From a virus, in IMG/VR virus record IMGVR_UViG_3300018026_000029: DNA of 36,614 nt, one strand, 5' to 3'. The stretch's first letter is position 1, and each line of letters starts with the position of its first letter. Positions 24,450 through 32,715 of this stretch are shown here, in pieces. A program made the translations under genes and the position numbers. The notes beneath the pieces are model-generated. The model worked only from the letters and a program-made list of their open reading frames with translations, had not been told where the DNA came from and did not search any database.

Positions 24450-25894
24450 CCCCCCTCCCCTGTAGGGGGGCTAGGAAGGATGGGCCGGACGAGCTGGCCA
24501 GGGAAGACATACTCCACCCCTTTCCTCAGCCTCTCCATCGCCTCCAGGGCCTCCTCGCGGGTGGATATCGTGCCCTCTAGCTGCATGTCCTCGATGTCCC
24601 CCAGGATTAGCTTGAAGCCCCTTCCCGGCTCCATCCCCATGGCTATCAGGTCGTCCCCCGTGGCCAGCCTCTCCGGGCGTATCTCCTCGGGGGTCAGCGA
24701 CATGCAGTAGTCCAGCATCTCGGTGTACTGCGCTGCCGCGTGGTCCCTGTAGTCCTTGCCCAGCTCCCCCTCCCCGTCCTCCTCGTCCTCCCTGCGCAGG
24801 AGGATGTCCTGCCTGGCCAGGACGACGCCGTTCCTGGCCCCCGGCGTGCGCATCAGCTTCTTGAGGCGGTAGCGGCTGTGGTTCTTGGGGTAGTAGTAGA
24901 AGTTCCCGTTGAGGAGCAGGTCCATGCGCACGTCCAGCGCCCCGCAGATGGCCCTGGCATGCTCCGAGGACAGCTTCAGGACATCCCTGCACAGGTGCTC
25001 GCTGTCCGTCTCGCAGGGGTCGGACCCGGCGAGCAGCATGGCCATCCCTAGGTCCTGGTCCGTGGTGGGGAAGGCTGCCAGCCTGTGCATGGCGTTGGCC
25101 AGGGAGGGCTTGACCGCCTCCCTGAAGGGCAGGTATTCGAGCAGCCCCGATGCCGCCAGGGCGGCCAGCCCGCCCGCAGCATTGGGGGACGCCACGAGCC
25201 TGAGCAGCTCCGCCGTGACGCGCTCCACCGACACCCTCCTGATAAGGGGGGCGTTCCTCCTGATTGCGCCCAGGGTGCCCTGCTCTATCTGGAACCTGAG
25301 CTGGGCAGCGAACCTGCACGCCCGCAGCATCCTGAGGGCGTCCTCCATGAACCTCTGCGTCGGGTCGCCGATGCAGCGGACGACCCTGTCCCTGATATCC
25401 CTGAGCCCGCCCACATAGTCCACGACGAGGCTGTCCCCGCCCGGCGCTGGCTGGATGGCAAAGGAGGTGCTCTGCGGCCCGCTGCCTGGGTGCCCCTCCG
25501 CCAGGGTCGTGCCGCCGTACGAGATAAGCAGCCCGTTCATGGTGAAGTCCCGCCTGGAGACGTCCTGCTCGGCGGTGTCGCTGTAGAAGACAATCTCGGG
25601 ATGGCGGCCGTCCTCGTACCTGCCGTCCGACCTGAAGGTGGCCACCTCGGTGTTCACCCCGCCGATGACCACGGTGACCACGCCGAAGGCCGCCCCGATG
25701 GGGACGGTCTTCTCGAAGAGGCCTATGACCTGCTCCGGGCGGGCATTGGTCGTGACATCGTAGTCCTTGGGCTCCCTGCCCAGGACGAGGTCGCGCACGC
25801 ACCCGCCGACGAGGTAGGCCTCGAAGCCTGCCTCGCTGAGCGCCCTGATTACCTGCTCGGCCGCCTGCCTTGCCTCAGTAGCCATAGCCGACAT
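24446..25894 (-). CDS. cca: tRNA nucleotidyltransferase of the CCA-adding enzyme / poly(A) polymerase family, class II, with a C-terminal tRNA-binding region.
   Basis: Head-domain motifs: 'AYLVGGCVRDLVLGREPKDYDVTT' (GGxVRD...DxD), 'ATFRSDGRYEDGRHP', 'RRDFTMNGLL'. The protein is about 480 aa. Confidence 0.85.
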   Translation of the reverse strand: MSAMATEARQAAEQVIRALSEAGFEAYLVGGCVRDLVLGREPKDYDVTTNARPEQVIGLFEKTVPIGAAFGVVTVVIGGVNTEVATFRSDGRYEDGRHPEIVFYSDTAEQDVSRRDFTMNGLLISYGGTTLAEGHPGSGPQSTSFAIQPAPGGDSLVVDYVGGLRDIRDRVVRCIGDPTQRFMEDALRMLRACRFAAQLRFQIEQGTLGAIRRNAPLIRRVSVERVTAELLRLVASPNAAGGLAALAASGLLEYLPFREAVKPSLANAMHRLAAFPTTDQDLGMAMLLAGSDPCETDSEHLCRDVLKLSSEHARAICGALDVRMDLLLNGNFYYYPKNHSRYRLKKLMRTPGARNGVVLARQDILLRREDEEDGEGELGKDYRDHAAAQYTEMLDYCMSLTPEEIRPERLATGDDLIAMGMEPGRGFKLILGDIEDMQLEGTISTREEALEAMERLRKGVEYVFPGQLVRPILPSPPTGEGG

Positions 25895-26126
25895 CCTCCG
25901 CGCTTACCCACGGGCCGTCATGCCTGCCGCACCCGGTGCATACCCGGATGGTAGCCGGGACCCCGGCCCCCCAGAAGCTAGTGCTGCCGGTCGTCCCGTG
26001 CGGCTGTTCGATGACCCGGTGCTCTATCCCGGCAGCCTTGCAGTCCTTGCAGTCATAGGTGTTTATCTCTCCGGGGCCGTAGCCCCGCATGACGAACGTC
26101 CCGAACGTCCCATGCTCTAGTCCCAC
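25875..26126 (-). CDS. 83-aa Cys-containing small protein (CxxC...CxxC ribbon).
   Basis: '...YDCKDCKAAG...VCTGCGRHDG...'. It overlaps neighbouring genes at both ends. Confidence 0.35.
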   Translation of the reverse strand: MGLEHGTFGTFVMRGYGPGEINTYDCKDCKAAGIEHRVIEQPHGTTGSTSFWGAGVPATIRVCTGCGRHDGPWVSAEDVGYGY

Positions 26127-26527
26127 CAGAGCCTTACCGCCTTATGGCCTATCGGCTCCTTGTCGGGGACAAAGGCCTCCGTCTCGTCCCGCTCGTCCTC
26201 CCCCAGGTCCGGGGCCGTGCCGGGGAGGGGGACATAGACGCATACGCTCCCCTCGCGGGCAAGGATGACGTCCCCCTTAATCTCCCCGATAAGGTCGTAG
26301 GTGAAGCCGTTGTACCCGTCCGGCACCGCTGCCCTCATTATCTCCATCCCCACGGCCGCCGGGACGGGCCTTGCGGCGTGGTAATGGAGGTTCCGCTGCC
26401 CCTCGTGCGGCGTCCCTTCCATGCAGCAGTCGGCATAGGCGAGCATCGTCTCCCTCGCCACGTCATCGTACTCGGGGGGGACGCCGTCCCCCACGTACAT
26501 CCGGGGCCTCTTCGCTATGAGCCGCAT
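26117..26527 (-). CDS. Hypothetical 136-aa protein.
   Basis: ATG preceded by GGGAGGA. Coding-like composition. Confidence 0.5.
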   Translation of the reverse strand: MRLIAKRPRMYVGDGVPPEYDDVARETMLAYADCCMEGTPHEGQRNLHYHAARPVPAAVGMEIMRAAVPDGYNGFTYDLIGEIKGDVILAREGSVCVYVPLPGTAPDLGEDERDETEAFVPDKEPIGHKAVRLWWD

Positions 26528-26536
26528 CGGTCCTCC

Positions 26537-26746
26537 CTACCTTGTCTCCACCTTGTCGCAGCCGCACCTCGGGCATGTGAAGCGGCTGCCTATGGTGTCA
26601 TGGCCCATGGTCGTCCTGACCTTGCCCTGCCAGGCGCAGTTCATGCAGTGGGCGTCCTGCACGTACGACTTCTTGCCCCTGCACTCCCCCATGAAGCACT
26701 TGTTGTCTATGACCTGCGGGCCTCTCTTGCCCTTCTTTGCCTTCAT
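26537..26746 (-). CDS. 69-aa zinc-ribbon mini-protein.
   Basis: Internal start 'MKAKKGKRGPQVIDNKCFMGEC...HCMNC...CPRCGC' is preceded by TAAGGAGGGGG. Confidence 0.45.
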   Translation of the reverse strand: MKAKKGKRGPQVIDNKCFMGECRGKKSYVQDAHCMNCAWQGKVRTTMGHDTIGSRFTCPRCGCDKVETR

Positions 26747-26757
26747 CGACCCCCTCC

Positions 26758-26973
26758 TTAGTCCGTCTCCCCCTCCCAGTCGGGGTCCACGTCGCAGTAG
26801 CAGAGCGTGTCCTCGCCTGCGCACCCCGTGCATCTGACGGACAGGCACTCGGGACAGATGGCAAGGTGCTTCCTGCCGTGCTCCTTGCATGCCTCGGCTG
26901 CGCTGAGCATGGACTGCATCGTCCGCAGCCCTAGGATGTTGCTCTCGATGCCCAGGTTGTCGAGCGTCTGCAT
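26758..26973 (-). CDS. 71-aa Cys-rich mini-protein.
   Basis: 'MQTLDNLG...CKEHGRKHLAICPECLSVRCTGCAGEDTLCYCDVD'. Its start lies 1 nt after the upstream stop. Confidence 0.4.
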   Translation of the reverse strand: MQTLDNLGIESNILGLRTMQSMLSAAEACKEHGRKHLAICPECLSVRCTGCAGEDTLCYCDVDPDWEGETD

Positions 26974-26974
26974 G

Positions 26975-27286
26975 CTACGCCTCGGGCACGGGCCCCGGCT
27001 CGTCAATCAGCTCCCCGGAAGCCCCCCTGCGTGCTTGCTCGAATGGGGCCTGAGGGGCCTCAGCGGCCGGCGGCTCGATGCGCCACACCCTGACGCCCTG
27101 GCCTGCCACCCGCTGCCTCTTGAAGCGCCTGCCGGTCCTCCGCTGGAGGATGGCTATGGTCTTGGAAAGGCTGGAGCTGCGGGGAACGTTGATTACAGTG
27201 CTCTGCCCTACCTCCAGCTTCTCCAGCACGGCGTACTTCGACTCACGCTTGGGGACCGGTACCCCGTTCTCGATGACCTCGTTCAT
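26975..27286 (-). CDS. 103-aa hypothetical protein. First gene of the minus-strand gene string; possibly a small regulator.
   Basis: Start 'MNEVIENGVPVPKRESKYAVLEKLEVGQSTVINV' has AGGAGA 8 nt upstream. It lies directly next to an AT-richer divergent intergenic region. Confidence 0.5.
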   Translation of the reverse strand: MNEVIENGVPVPKRESKYAVLEKLEVGQSTVINVPRSSSLSKTIAILQRRTGRRFKRQRVAGQGVRVWRIEPPAAEAPQAPFEQARRGASGELIDEPGPVPEA

Positions 27287-27408
27287 TGGCTTCTCTCCTG
27301 GTGGACCGCTACTCCTCCACATGTCTACTATACACAGGAATACTGGTCTATACGGGAAATTTATCCGAGAGAATTCCGTCTTCCGCCCCCCCTTATATGG
27401 GAGGAAAC
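27287..27408. promoter_or_regulatory. AT-richer divergent intergenic region with candidate promoters for both the minus-strand gene string and the plus-strand secreted-protein genes.
   Basis: Local GC drops sharply. TATA-like hexamers are present (TATACA, TATACG and TATAGT on the minus strand). A repeated word 'GTCTA(C)TATAC' occurs at about 27322 and 27346. GGGAGG RBS lies at 27399–27404. Confidence 0.3.
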
Positions 27409-27801
27409 ATGAAGAAGATTCTCGCTATACTGCTCTTGGCCTGCCTGGTCGCATTCACCTCGCCCGCGATGGCGAAGGGGTCCGACACGGCCACCACGAC
27501 CTTTACCCTGACCATCAACGCACCGCTCGCTATCTCTACCCCGGCAGCGCTCCCCGGAGGGGTGGCGGGAGCGTCCTATGCCGTTACCCTGGCGGCCACA
27601 GGCGGCGTGCCGCCCTATACCTGGTCCCTCAACAGCGGCTCCACGCTCCCCGCAGGGCTGACCCTGACATCGGCAGGGATACTGAGCGGGACGCCGACCA
27701 CGGCGGGCACCTATTCCTTCGGCATTACAGTGACGGACTCCAAGCTGTCGCTGGTCAAGGCGGCCGCGAGCGTGAAGGTACCGGCGTCAGTATTGAAGTA
27801 G
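27409..27801 (+). CDS. Secreted protein with an Ig-like (He_PIG / 'putative Ig') domain.
   Basis: Signal peptide 'MKKILAILLLACLVAFTSPAMA'. Domain signature: 'GGVPPYTWSLNSGSTLPAGLTLTSAGILSGTPTTAGTYSFGITVTDS'. Confidence 0.7.
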   Translation: MKKILAILLLACLVAFTSPAMAKGSDTATTTFTLTINAPLAISTPAALPGGVAGASYAVTLAATGGVPPYTWSLNSGSTLPAGLTLTSAGILSGTPTTAGTYSFGITVTDSKLSLVKAAASVKVPASVLK

Positions 27802-27802
27802 C

Positions 27803-28159
27803 ATGAGAGGGCGTAGGCGTACCATACTCGGCGCTGCACTGCTGCCCCTTGTGGTCATCCTGGCCCCGCTATGGCTGGGCCAGGGATGCCGCCCGGCCCC
27901 GCGTGCCCCTGTGCAGGCCACGGTGCCGGAGGCCAAGACTTTTGGCCCCTACCACCCCTATATAACCACGAAGGCGCTCCCAAAGGGCGTCCAGGGGCAG
28001 CCCTACTACTTCCAGCTCTCCGCATCGGGGTGCCCGCCCAAGGGGTGCATGTGGGTCGTGGTAGGCCTGCCCAGGGGGCTCAGGGCGTCCGCTGCCGGGG
28101 TCATCTCCGGGACCCCTACCTCCTCGGGAAGCTCTAACGTGACTGTGACTGTGCTATGA
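27803..28159 (+). CDS. Secreted or lipoprotein-like protein with a second Ig-like (He_PIG-type) domain.
   Basis: N-terminus 'MRGRRRTILGAALLPLVVILAPLWLGQGC'. Domain signature '...LPRGLRASAAGVISGTPTSSGSSNVTVTV'. Its start lies 1 nt after the upstream stop. Confidence 0.55.
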   Translation: MRGRRRTILGAALLPLVVILAPLWLGQGCRPAPRAPVQATVPEAKTFGPYHPYITTKALPKGVQGQPYYFQLSASGCPPKGCMWVVVGLPRGLRASAAGVISGTPTSSGSSNVTVTVL

Positions 28160-28545
28160 AATGGCCTGCCGTCATCCTGCTCCTGCTGTCCCTGGGTATC
28201 ACGGGGGCCCGGGCCCAGGATAAAACATCCCAAACCTTCACCATAGCGGTGTCAGCCCATGACGTTACTCTTTCCTGGACCCCGCCCACCCTCCTGGCGA
28301 ATGGCAATCCCCTCCCTACCGGTTCAGTTATAACCTATAATGTCTTCAGGGGGTCAACGCCCGGCGGGGAGGGCCCTACCCCTATCAATCCCGTGCCGGT
28401 CAGCACCGCAGGCTACAAGGACATTAAGGTGATTGGCGGGGCGACCTACTATTACTATGTCGAGGCCATAAACACCCTCGACGGGGTTACCAGCCCCCCG
28501 TCCGTGCCGTCCATGGAGGCGACTGCTACCGTTCCCTCGCCGTAG
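28156..28545 (+). CDS. Secreted fibronectin-III-like domain protein.
   Basis: Signal peptide 'MKWPAVILLLLSLGITGARA'. FN3-like features: 'VTLSWTPP...GSVITYNVFRGSTPGG...ATYYYYVEAIN'. ATGA overlap with the upstream gene. Confidence 0.6.
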   Translation: MKWPAVILLLLSLGITGARAQDKTSQTFTIAVSAHDVTLSWTPPTLLANGNPLPTGSVITYNVFRGSTPGGEGPTPINPVPVSTAGYKDIKVIGGATYYYYVEAINTLDGVTSPPSVPSMEATATVPSP

Positions 28546-29409
28546 CTAGATATGGCAGTCGCAGGCCACCGCCCAGCAGGCCTTGCTGGCGGACAGGACC
28601 TCGGCGACCTTCCTCTTCCATTCCTCGGGCCGCATCATGCCGCTGGAGCACCCCCACCAGCCCATGGTGGCCCTCTCATGCCACTCCCCGTCCGGGGTGA
28701 CCAGGGCATAGGGCACGAAGTCCCTGGGCAGCATGGACACAGGCATCATGTCCCCGTCGTACTTCTTCCAGCCCGTGGGCCACTTTACGGCCCTCCCTGT
28801 CCCCTTGCAGCCGTTGCACTTGTACTCCGGGTCCTCCCGGCGCATCTGCTCGCCGAGGGCATCGTCCCTCAGCCCCGTGCCGAGGCAGAGGAAGCAGGTC
28901 TCGGCGTTGGCCCCGTCCTTCTCGGGCTCGTAGGCCGTGAACGTCCCCGTCCACCTCCCCCCGACCTGGAACCAGTCCCAGCGGGCCTTGGGGTTGCGGG
29001 TGGACCTGAACGTGCCGCTGCCATGGCAGTCCGTGCAGTCCGGGTCCGCCCTGTCGCAGTCCGGGTGGGCCATCATGGCGGCATGCTGCTCCTGCTCTAC
29101 GTCCGCCTGGGCGCTGTCAATCTCGTCGTTGTAGGCCTCCACCTGCTCCTTGGTCCCCTTGCCCTCCTCCCAGAGGCTTACCCCCAGCTTCTCGTACCTC
29201 TCGTGGATGGCATCGAACCTGGACCTGGCGTCCACCTTCTCCCTGGCCGCGTTCCTGGCCTTCTCCCCGACGCAGTAGCACTTGTGGTCGTACTCCTTTA
29301 CCTCCAGGTTCTCGTTATAGGGGGCCAGCAGCACCCCCGCCATCGCCTCGGCGTTCTCACGCGATATCGGCTGCTTGTCCAGCAGCACCGTCACCAGGAA
29401 GTGCGACAT
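28546..29409 (-). CDS. 287-aa Cys-rich hypothetical protein with several CxxC pairs.
   Basis: Internal ATG 'MSHFLVTVLL...' has GGAGGA 3 nt upstream. Cys pairs: 'CDRADPDCTDCHGSG', 'CFLCLGTG', 'CNGCKGTG'. The antisense 362-aa ORF is Arg/Pro/Gly-rich and low-complexity. Confidence 0.5.
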   Translation of the reverse strand: MSHFLVTVLLDKQPISRENAEAMAGVLLAPYNENLEVKEYDHKCYCVGEKARNAAREKVDARSRFDAIHERYEKLGVSLWEEGKGTKEQVEAYNDEIDSAQADVEQEQHAAMMAHPDCDRADPDCTDCHGSGTFRSTRNPKARWDWFQVGGRWTGTFTAYEPEKDGANAETCFLCLGTGLRDDALGEQMRREDPEYKCNGCKGTGRAVKWPTGWKKYDGDMMPVSMLPRDFVPYALVTPDGEWHERATMGWWGCSSGMMRPEEWKRKVAEVLSASKACWAVACDCHI

Positions 29410-29623
29410 CCGTCCTCCTATAGCCCCTTCCGGGGCACCCTTGCAGGTGCCCCAGGGGCCTCTTGCGGCAGAGATGGCCGGGGTGCCTTCTTCCCTCCCC
29501 CGCCACCTGCTAATACTACCGGCCTGAGCCATACAGTGCTCTGGGTGGCCAGTGTAGGGGTGCCGTCCAGGCGGCCCAGGCGGCCCAGCCTTGTCCATCC
29601 GTCCCTGCTTTTCCTGCCCATGC

Positions 29624-29968
29624 CTAGTAGTCCGTCCTGAACAGCTCCCTCGGGTCGTTCGGGATATCGGGGCCCTCGTCTGCCGGGGCCTCCCCCCAGG
29701 CCGGAGGGCTGTTGATGTCGAACGGCAGGTTGACGGGTATCGCTGCCGCCAGCCCTGCCTCCGCCGCCTCGCTCTCCCCCATAGGCGGGCAGAGGCTTAC
29801 CCCCGCCCCCACGAGCTTACCCGTCTCCCTCTCCCACTGCCAGTCACGGTCCCCCACCTGGAGATACACGTACTTCTCCTCCACCCTCACCTCTACCGGG
29901 CAGGGGCTTGGTATCCTCCCCTTGCTTGCCAGGAGGGGCACTACCAGGTCCTTGTGCTGATACCTCAT
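29624..29968 (-). CDS. Hypothetical 114-aa protein.
   Basis: ATG preceded by a strong RBS AAGGAGAAG. Confidence 0.45.
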   Translation of the reverse strand: MRYQHKDLVVPLLASKGRIPSPCPVEVRVEEKYVYLQVGDRDWQWERETGKLVGAGVSLCPPMGESEAAEAGLAAAIPVNLPFDINSPPAWGEAPADEGPDIPNDPRELFRTDY

Positions 29969-30632
29969 TGCTCTTCTCCTTTTCCCTTTCCTCTGCCTCG
30001 GCCGCCAGCCTGGCGGCCTCGGCCTTCTCCTTCTCGTAGTCGAACCCCAGCAGCAGAAGCTCCGCCTTGATGTTGGCCCTGGCTATCTCCGCCAGGGCCC
30101 CCTCGAACCCCTGCGACTGGAACATGGGGCTCTTCTGCACCAGCATGATAAGCCCCATGGTCCTGCCTATCTCCCATGCCCTGCTCCCCAGGTGCCCCCA
30201 CCTCTCCCTTGCCCTGCGGGCGGACACCAGGTACGCTATCCTCGGGCGACCGTACGGGGAGAGGGCCATGTCTATGACTGTGGAGTAGCCGTGGGTAAGG
30301 TTCCAGCACCCGGAGATGAGGGGGACTATGTGCCTCTCCGCCTCCTCCAGGGAGAACCCCAGGCTGCGGCAGTCGCGCAGGAAGGCCACGGAGGAGATGC
30401 CCTCGTCGCCAGGCTCCCAGTCGTGGTAGAGCCATGCCGCCATGGCGTAGCGGCCGGGCAGGCGGCCCTCTATCCTCCTGTGCTCGTGGAGCCCGTACGC
30501 CAGGTAGGCGGCGTCCTTGGCCCTGGTGCGCCCCTGGTACCTTGCCAGGACGCCGGCCAGGATATGCCTCCTGCCCTCCTCCCCCTCGGGGTCGAGGACA
30601 GGCATGACCATCTCCTCCAGGGTGGGCCTCAT
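29844..30632 (-). CDS. Hypothetical 262-aa protein with a Glu/Lys-rich C-terminus that overlaps the next gene.
   Basis: Long ORF with mostly balanced composition. Alternative starts at 30611 and 30605 each have GGAGGAG upstream. Confidence 0.45.
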   Translation of the reverse strand: MRPTLEEMVMPVLDPEGEEGRRHILAGVLARYQGRTRAKDAAYLAYGLHEHRRIEGRLPGRYAMAAWLYHDWEPGDEGISSVAFLRDCRSLGFSLEEAERHIVPLISGCWNLTHGYSTVIDMALSPYGRPRIAYLVSARRARERWGHLGSRAWEIGRTMGLIMLVQKSPMFQSQGFEGALAEIARANIKAELLLLGFDYEKEKAEAARLAAEAEEREKEKSNEVSAQGPGSAPPGKQGEDTKPLPGRGEGGGEVRVSPGGGP

Positions 30633-30730
30633 GCGGGGTAATACTGGGAGGGGGCGCTTCCGTATGGTCGTTCTTCTACATGCTCATAGAGTACGTCACC
30701 AGCGCCTCCAACCCTGGGACGATGCCGATC

Positions 30731-31954
30731 TTACCACGTCTCCACTACCATAGTTCCCACGAAGTTCGTGGCCTGACCGCTGGTAGCAGACGCAAGGTTT
30801 CCGACGTAAACATAGAACGTGCCCGAAGACATGTCTATGTTCGTGTCCCTGGTGGCGGCATTGTATGAGCTTCCAGCAAACGGCGTGCCGTTGACTACCA
30901 TGGACACTATGTTGGAGCTGGAGCCCAGGACGTCGATAATAAACTCGAAGTAGTTTTCCCCAGCCCATAGGCCAGGCCCCGTGTTCGAAGCACCTAGTAT
31001 AGTGGTGTAGGTCGTATTGTTATTGTACTGGCTGTAGGCGTAGAACTCCCCGCTGCTGGGTATAGTCATCCCTAAGGTATAGCCATGCCCGGACGTGGAC
31101 GTGGCGTCCTTGGATACGTATAGGTCGTAATAAACGTAGGTGGCATTATAGACCATGTTCCAAGTCCACCTGATGCGGATGCGCTTGAACCCCGTGAAGC
31201 CCTGTACCGACTGATACAGGTTCGTGCCGGAGAAGAAAGTTGCCGGGGAGTTCCAGGTTATAGCAGTCTCGGTGTAGCCTGATACGTGGCCGCTAGGTCC
31301 AGTGTATCCGGTATAACCAGTGTAACCTGTGTATCCGCTATACCCCGTGGCCCCGTACCCGGTATAGCCTGTGAAGCTCCCTGGGCCTGTGTAGCCGGTG
31401 TACCCCGTCCCTCCTGGCCCCTGCTGGCCAGTGTAGCCTGTGAACCCTGTGTAGCCGGTATAGCCTGTGCCCCCAGGGCTTGCAGGGCCTGTGTAGCCGG
31501 TGTATCCTGAATATCCGGTGTAGCCAGTGTATCCCGGTCCTGTGTAGCCCGTGTAGCCGGTAGCGCCAGGACCGGTATATCCTGTGTAGCCTGAGTACCC
31601 TGTGTAGCCGCTACCACCGATGTAGCCGGTGTATCCAGAGTAGCCTGTGAAGTTCCCAGGTCCCGTGTATCCTGTGTAGCCTGTGTAGCCTGAGTAGCCA
31701 GTGTAGCCGGAATAGCCCGTGAAGTTCCCTGGTCCCGTGTAGCCCGTGAACCCAGAATAGCCAGTGTAGCCAGAATAGCCGCTGTATCCGGTGTAGGCCC
31801 CGGTCCCCGTGTACCCTGTGTAGCCTGAGTATCCAGTGAAGTTGCCCGGACCTGTGTAGCCTGTGTAGCCAGAGTACCCCGTGTAGCCTGAATACCCCGT
31901 GTAGCCGGAATATCCGGTAGGGCCTCCGGGAGTGATAACGACGTTCTTGGCCAT
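30731..31954 (-). CDS. Fibre-like protein: about 215 aa of collagen-like Gly-Tyr-Ser/Thr triplets followed by a ~180-aa C-terminal globular domain.
   Basis: 'GYSGYTGYSGYTGYSGYTGYTGPGNFTGYSGYTG...' has Gly at every third residue. The C-terminus is Tyr/Asn/Thr-rich, typical of receptor-binding tips. Confidence 0.7.
   Translation of the reverse strand: MAKNVVITPGGPTGYSGYTGYSGYTGYSGYTGYTGPGNFTGYSGYTGYTGTGAYTGYSGYSGYTGYSGFTGYTGPGNFTGYSGYTGYSGYTGYTGYTGPGNFTGYSGYTGYIGGSGYTGYSGYTGYTGPGATGYTGYTGPGYTGYTGYSGYTGYTGPASPGGTGYTGYTGFTGYTGQQGPGGTGYTGYTGPGSFTGYTGYGATGYSGYTGYTGYTGYTGPSGHVSGYTETAITWNSPATFFSGTNLYQSVQGFTGFKRIRIRWTWNMVYNATYVYYDLYVSKDATSTSGHGYTLGMTIPSSGEFYAYSQYNNNTTYTTILGASNTGPGLWAGENYFEFIIDVLGSSSNIVSMVVNGTPFAGSSYNAATRDTNIDMSSGTFYVYVGNLASATSGQATNFVGTMVVETW
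31280..31930 (-). repeat. DNA-level tandem 9/18-bp repeats encoding the G-Y-[ST] triplets of the fibre gene.
   Basis: Reiterated 'gtagccngtgta(g/t)cc' words are visible by eye along the whole interval. Confidence 0.7.
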
Positions 31955-31971
31955 CTCTGCTTAGGGCCCCC

Positions 31972-32715
31972 CTATTTGCTTATCACGAACATCCCCTGCC
32001 CGTACGTGCTCGTGCCGCCAGAGTTGTTCCTAATATAGGTCTGGATTTGCCCGACCTCGCTGGCCAAGGACTGCGCGTAGCACAGCCCGCTCGGGGTAGC
32101 CTTCCCACCTATGCCGCTCTCGTTGGGCAGGGCGGTGAACAGGCTCGTAAGGCCGCCGAAGGACGACGGGGTCCACGAGGGGTTGCTAAACCCGCCGTTG
32201 AAGTACCATTCCGTGGTGATTATGTAGTATGCGGGGCTCGGGTAGCTGACGTTCGCCCAGTACAGCGTCCCGTAGGCATAGGCGGCCAGGGTGGGGAAGG
32301 CTGCCGGGGTCCAGCTATAGACGGCCGACGTCCCCTGAATCTCAATCACCGCGCCCACGTTCCAACCGTACCCGCCGACGTTATAGGGGTAGGGCCAGGC
32401 CGCGGACGGGAACACCCATGCCTTGCCGTCGCCCGCCTGCACTATCCTGGTGCCGAGGTTGCACCCGGTGCTGGCCCCCGTGCCGTACGAGGGGGTCGAG
32501 GCCGTTACCGTCACGCCGCTGGGGAGCGGCGTCGTCGTCAGGGCAAGGCCGCTCCATATCGCTATGAAGAGGAGCGTGTCGCCCACTGTCGGGGTGCTGC
32601 CGAGGTTGACCGTGATGTTGCCGTTGAAGTTGAGAGCGCCAGCGGACTGGACCAGGACTGGCGTGGTCACATGCCTCCCGTACATCCCTGCGAGGATATG
32701 GGGCGCGTATGGCAT
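31972..32715 (-). CDS. 247-aa fibre-associated protein (distal tip, assembly or chaperone-like).
   Basis: 'MPYAPHILAGMYGRH...' begins at an ATG that overlaps the upstream fibre-gene stop (TAATG at 32713–32717). It is Ser/Thr/Gly/Tyr-rich. The ORF-track 566-aa version is an out-of-frame artefact extension through the repeat DNA. Confidence 0.55.
   Translation of the reverse strand: MPYAPHILAGMYGRHVTTPVLVQSAGALNFNGNITVNLGSTPTVGDTLLFIAIWSGLALTTTPLPSGVTVTASTPSYGTGASTGCNLGTRIVQAGDGKAWVFPSAAWPYPYNVGGYGWNVGAVIEIQGTSAVYSWTPAAFPTLAAYAYGTLYWANVSYPSPAYYIITTEWYFNGGFSNPSWTPSSFGGLTSLFTALPNESGIGGKATPSGLCYAQSLASEVGQIQTYIRNNSGGTSTYGQGMFVISK

Noticed and set aside
24471-25802. 443-aa alternative-frame ORF inside the CCA-enzyme gene.
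   Set aside because: Arg/Gly/Pro-rich low-complexity. The other frame has the canonical GGxVRD...DxD...RRDFTxN head-domain motifs.
28552-29640. 362-aa plus-strand ORF.
   Set aside because: It is antisense to a Cys-rich, well-composed minus-strand gene. Its translation is Arg/Pro/Gly/Leu low-complexity.
30633-30730. A 98-nt intergenic region screened for a tRNA gene, because a CCA-adding enzyme is present.
   Set aside because: No GTTCRA T-loop box and no acceptor/D-arm pairing is evident on either strand.
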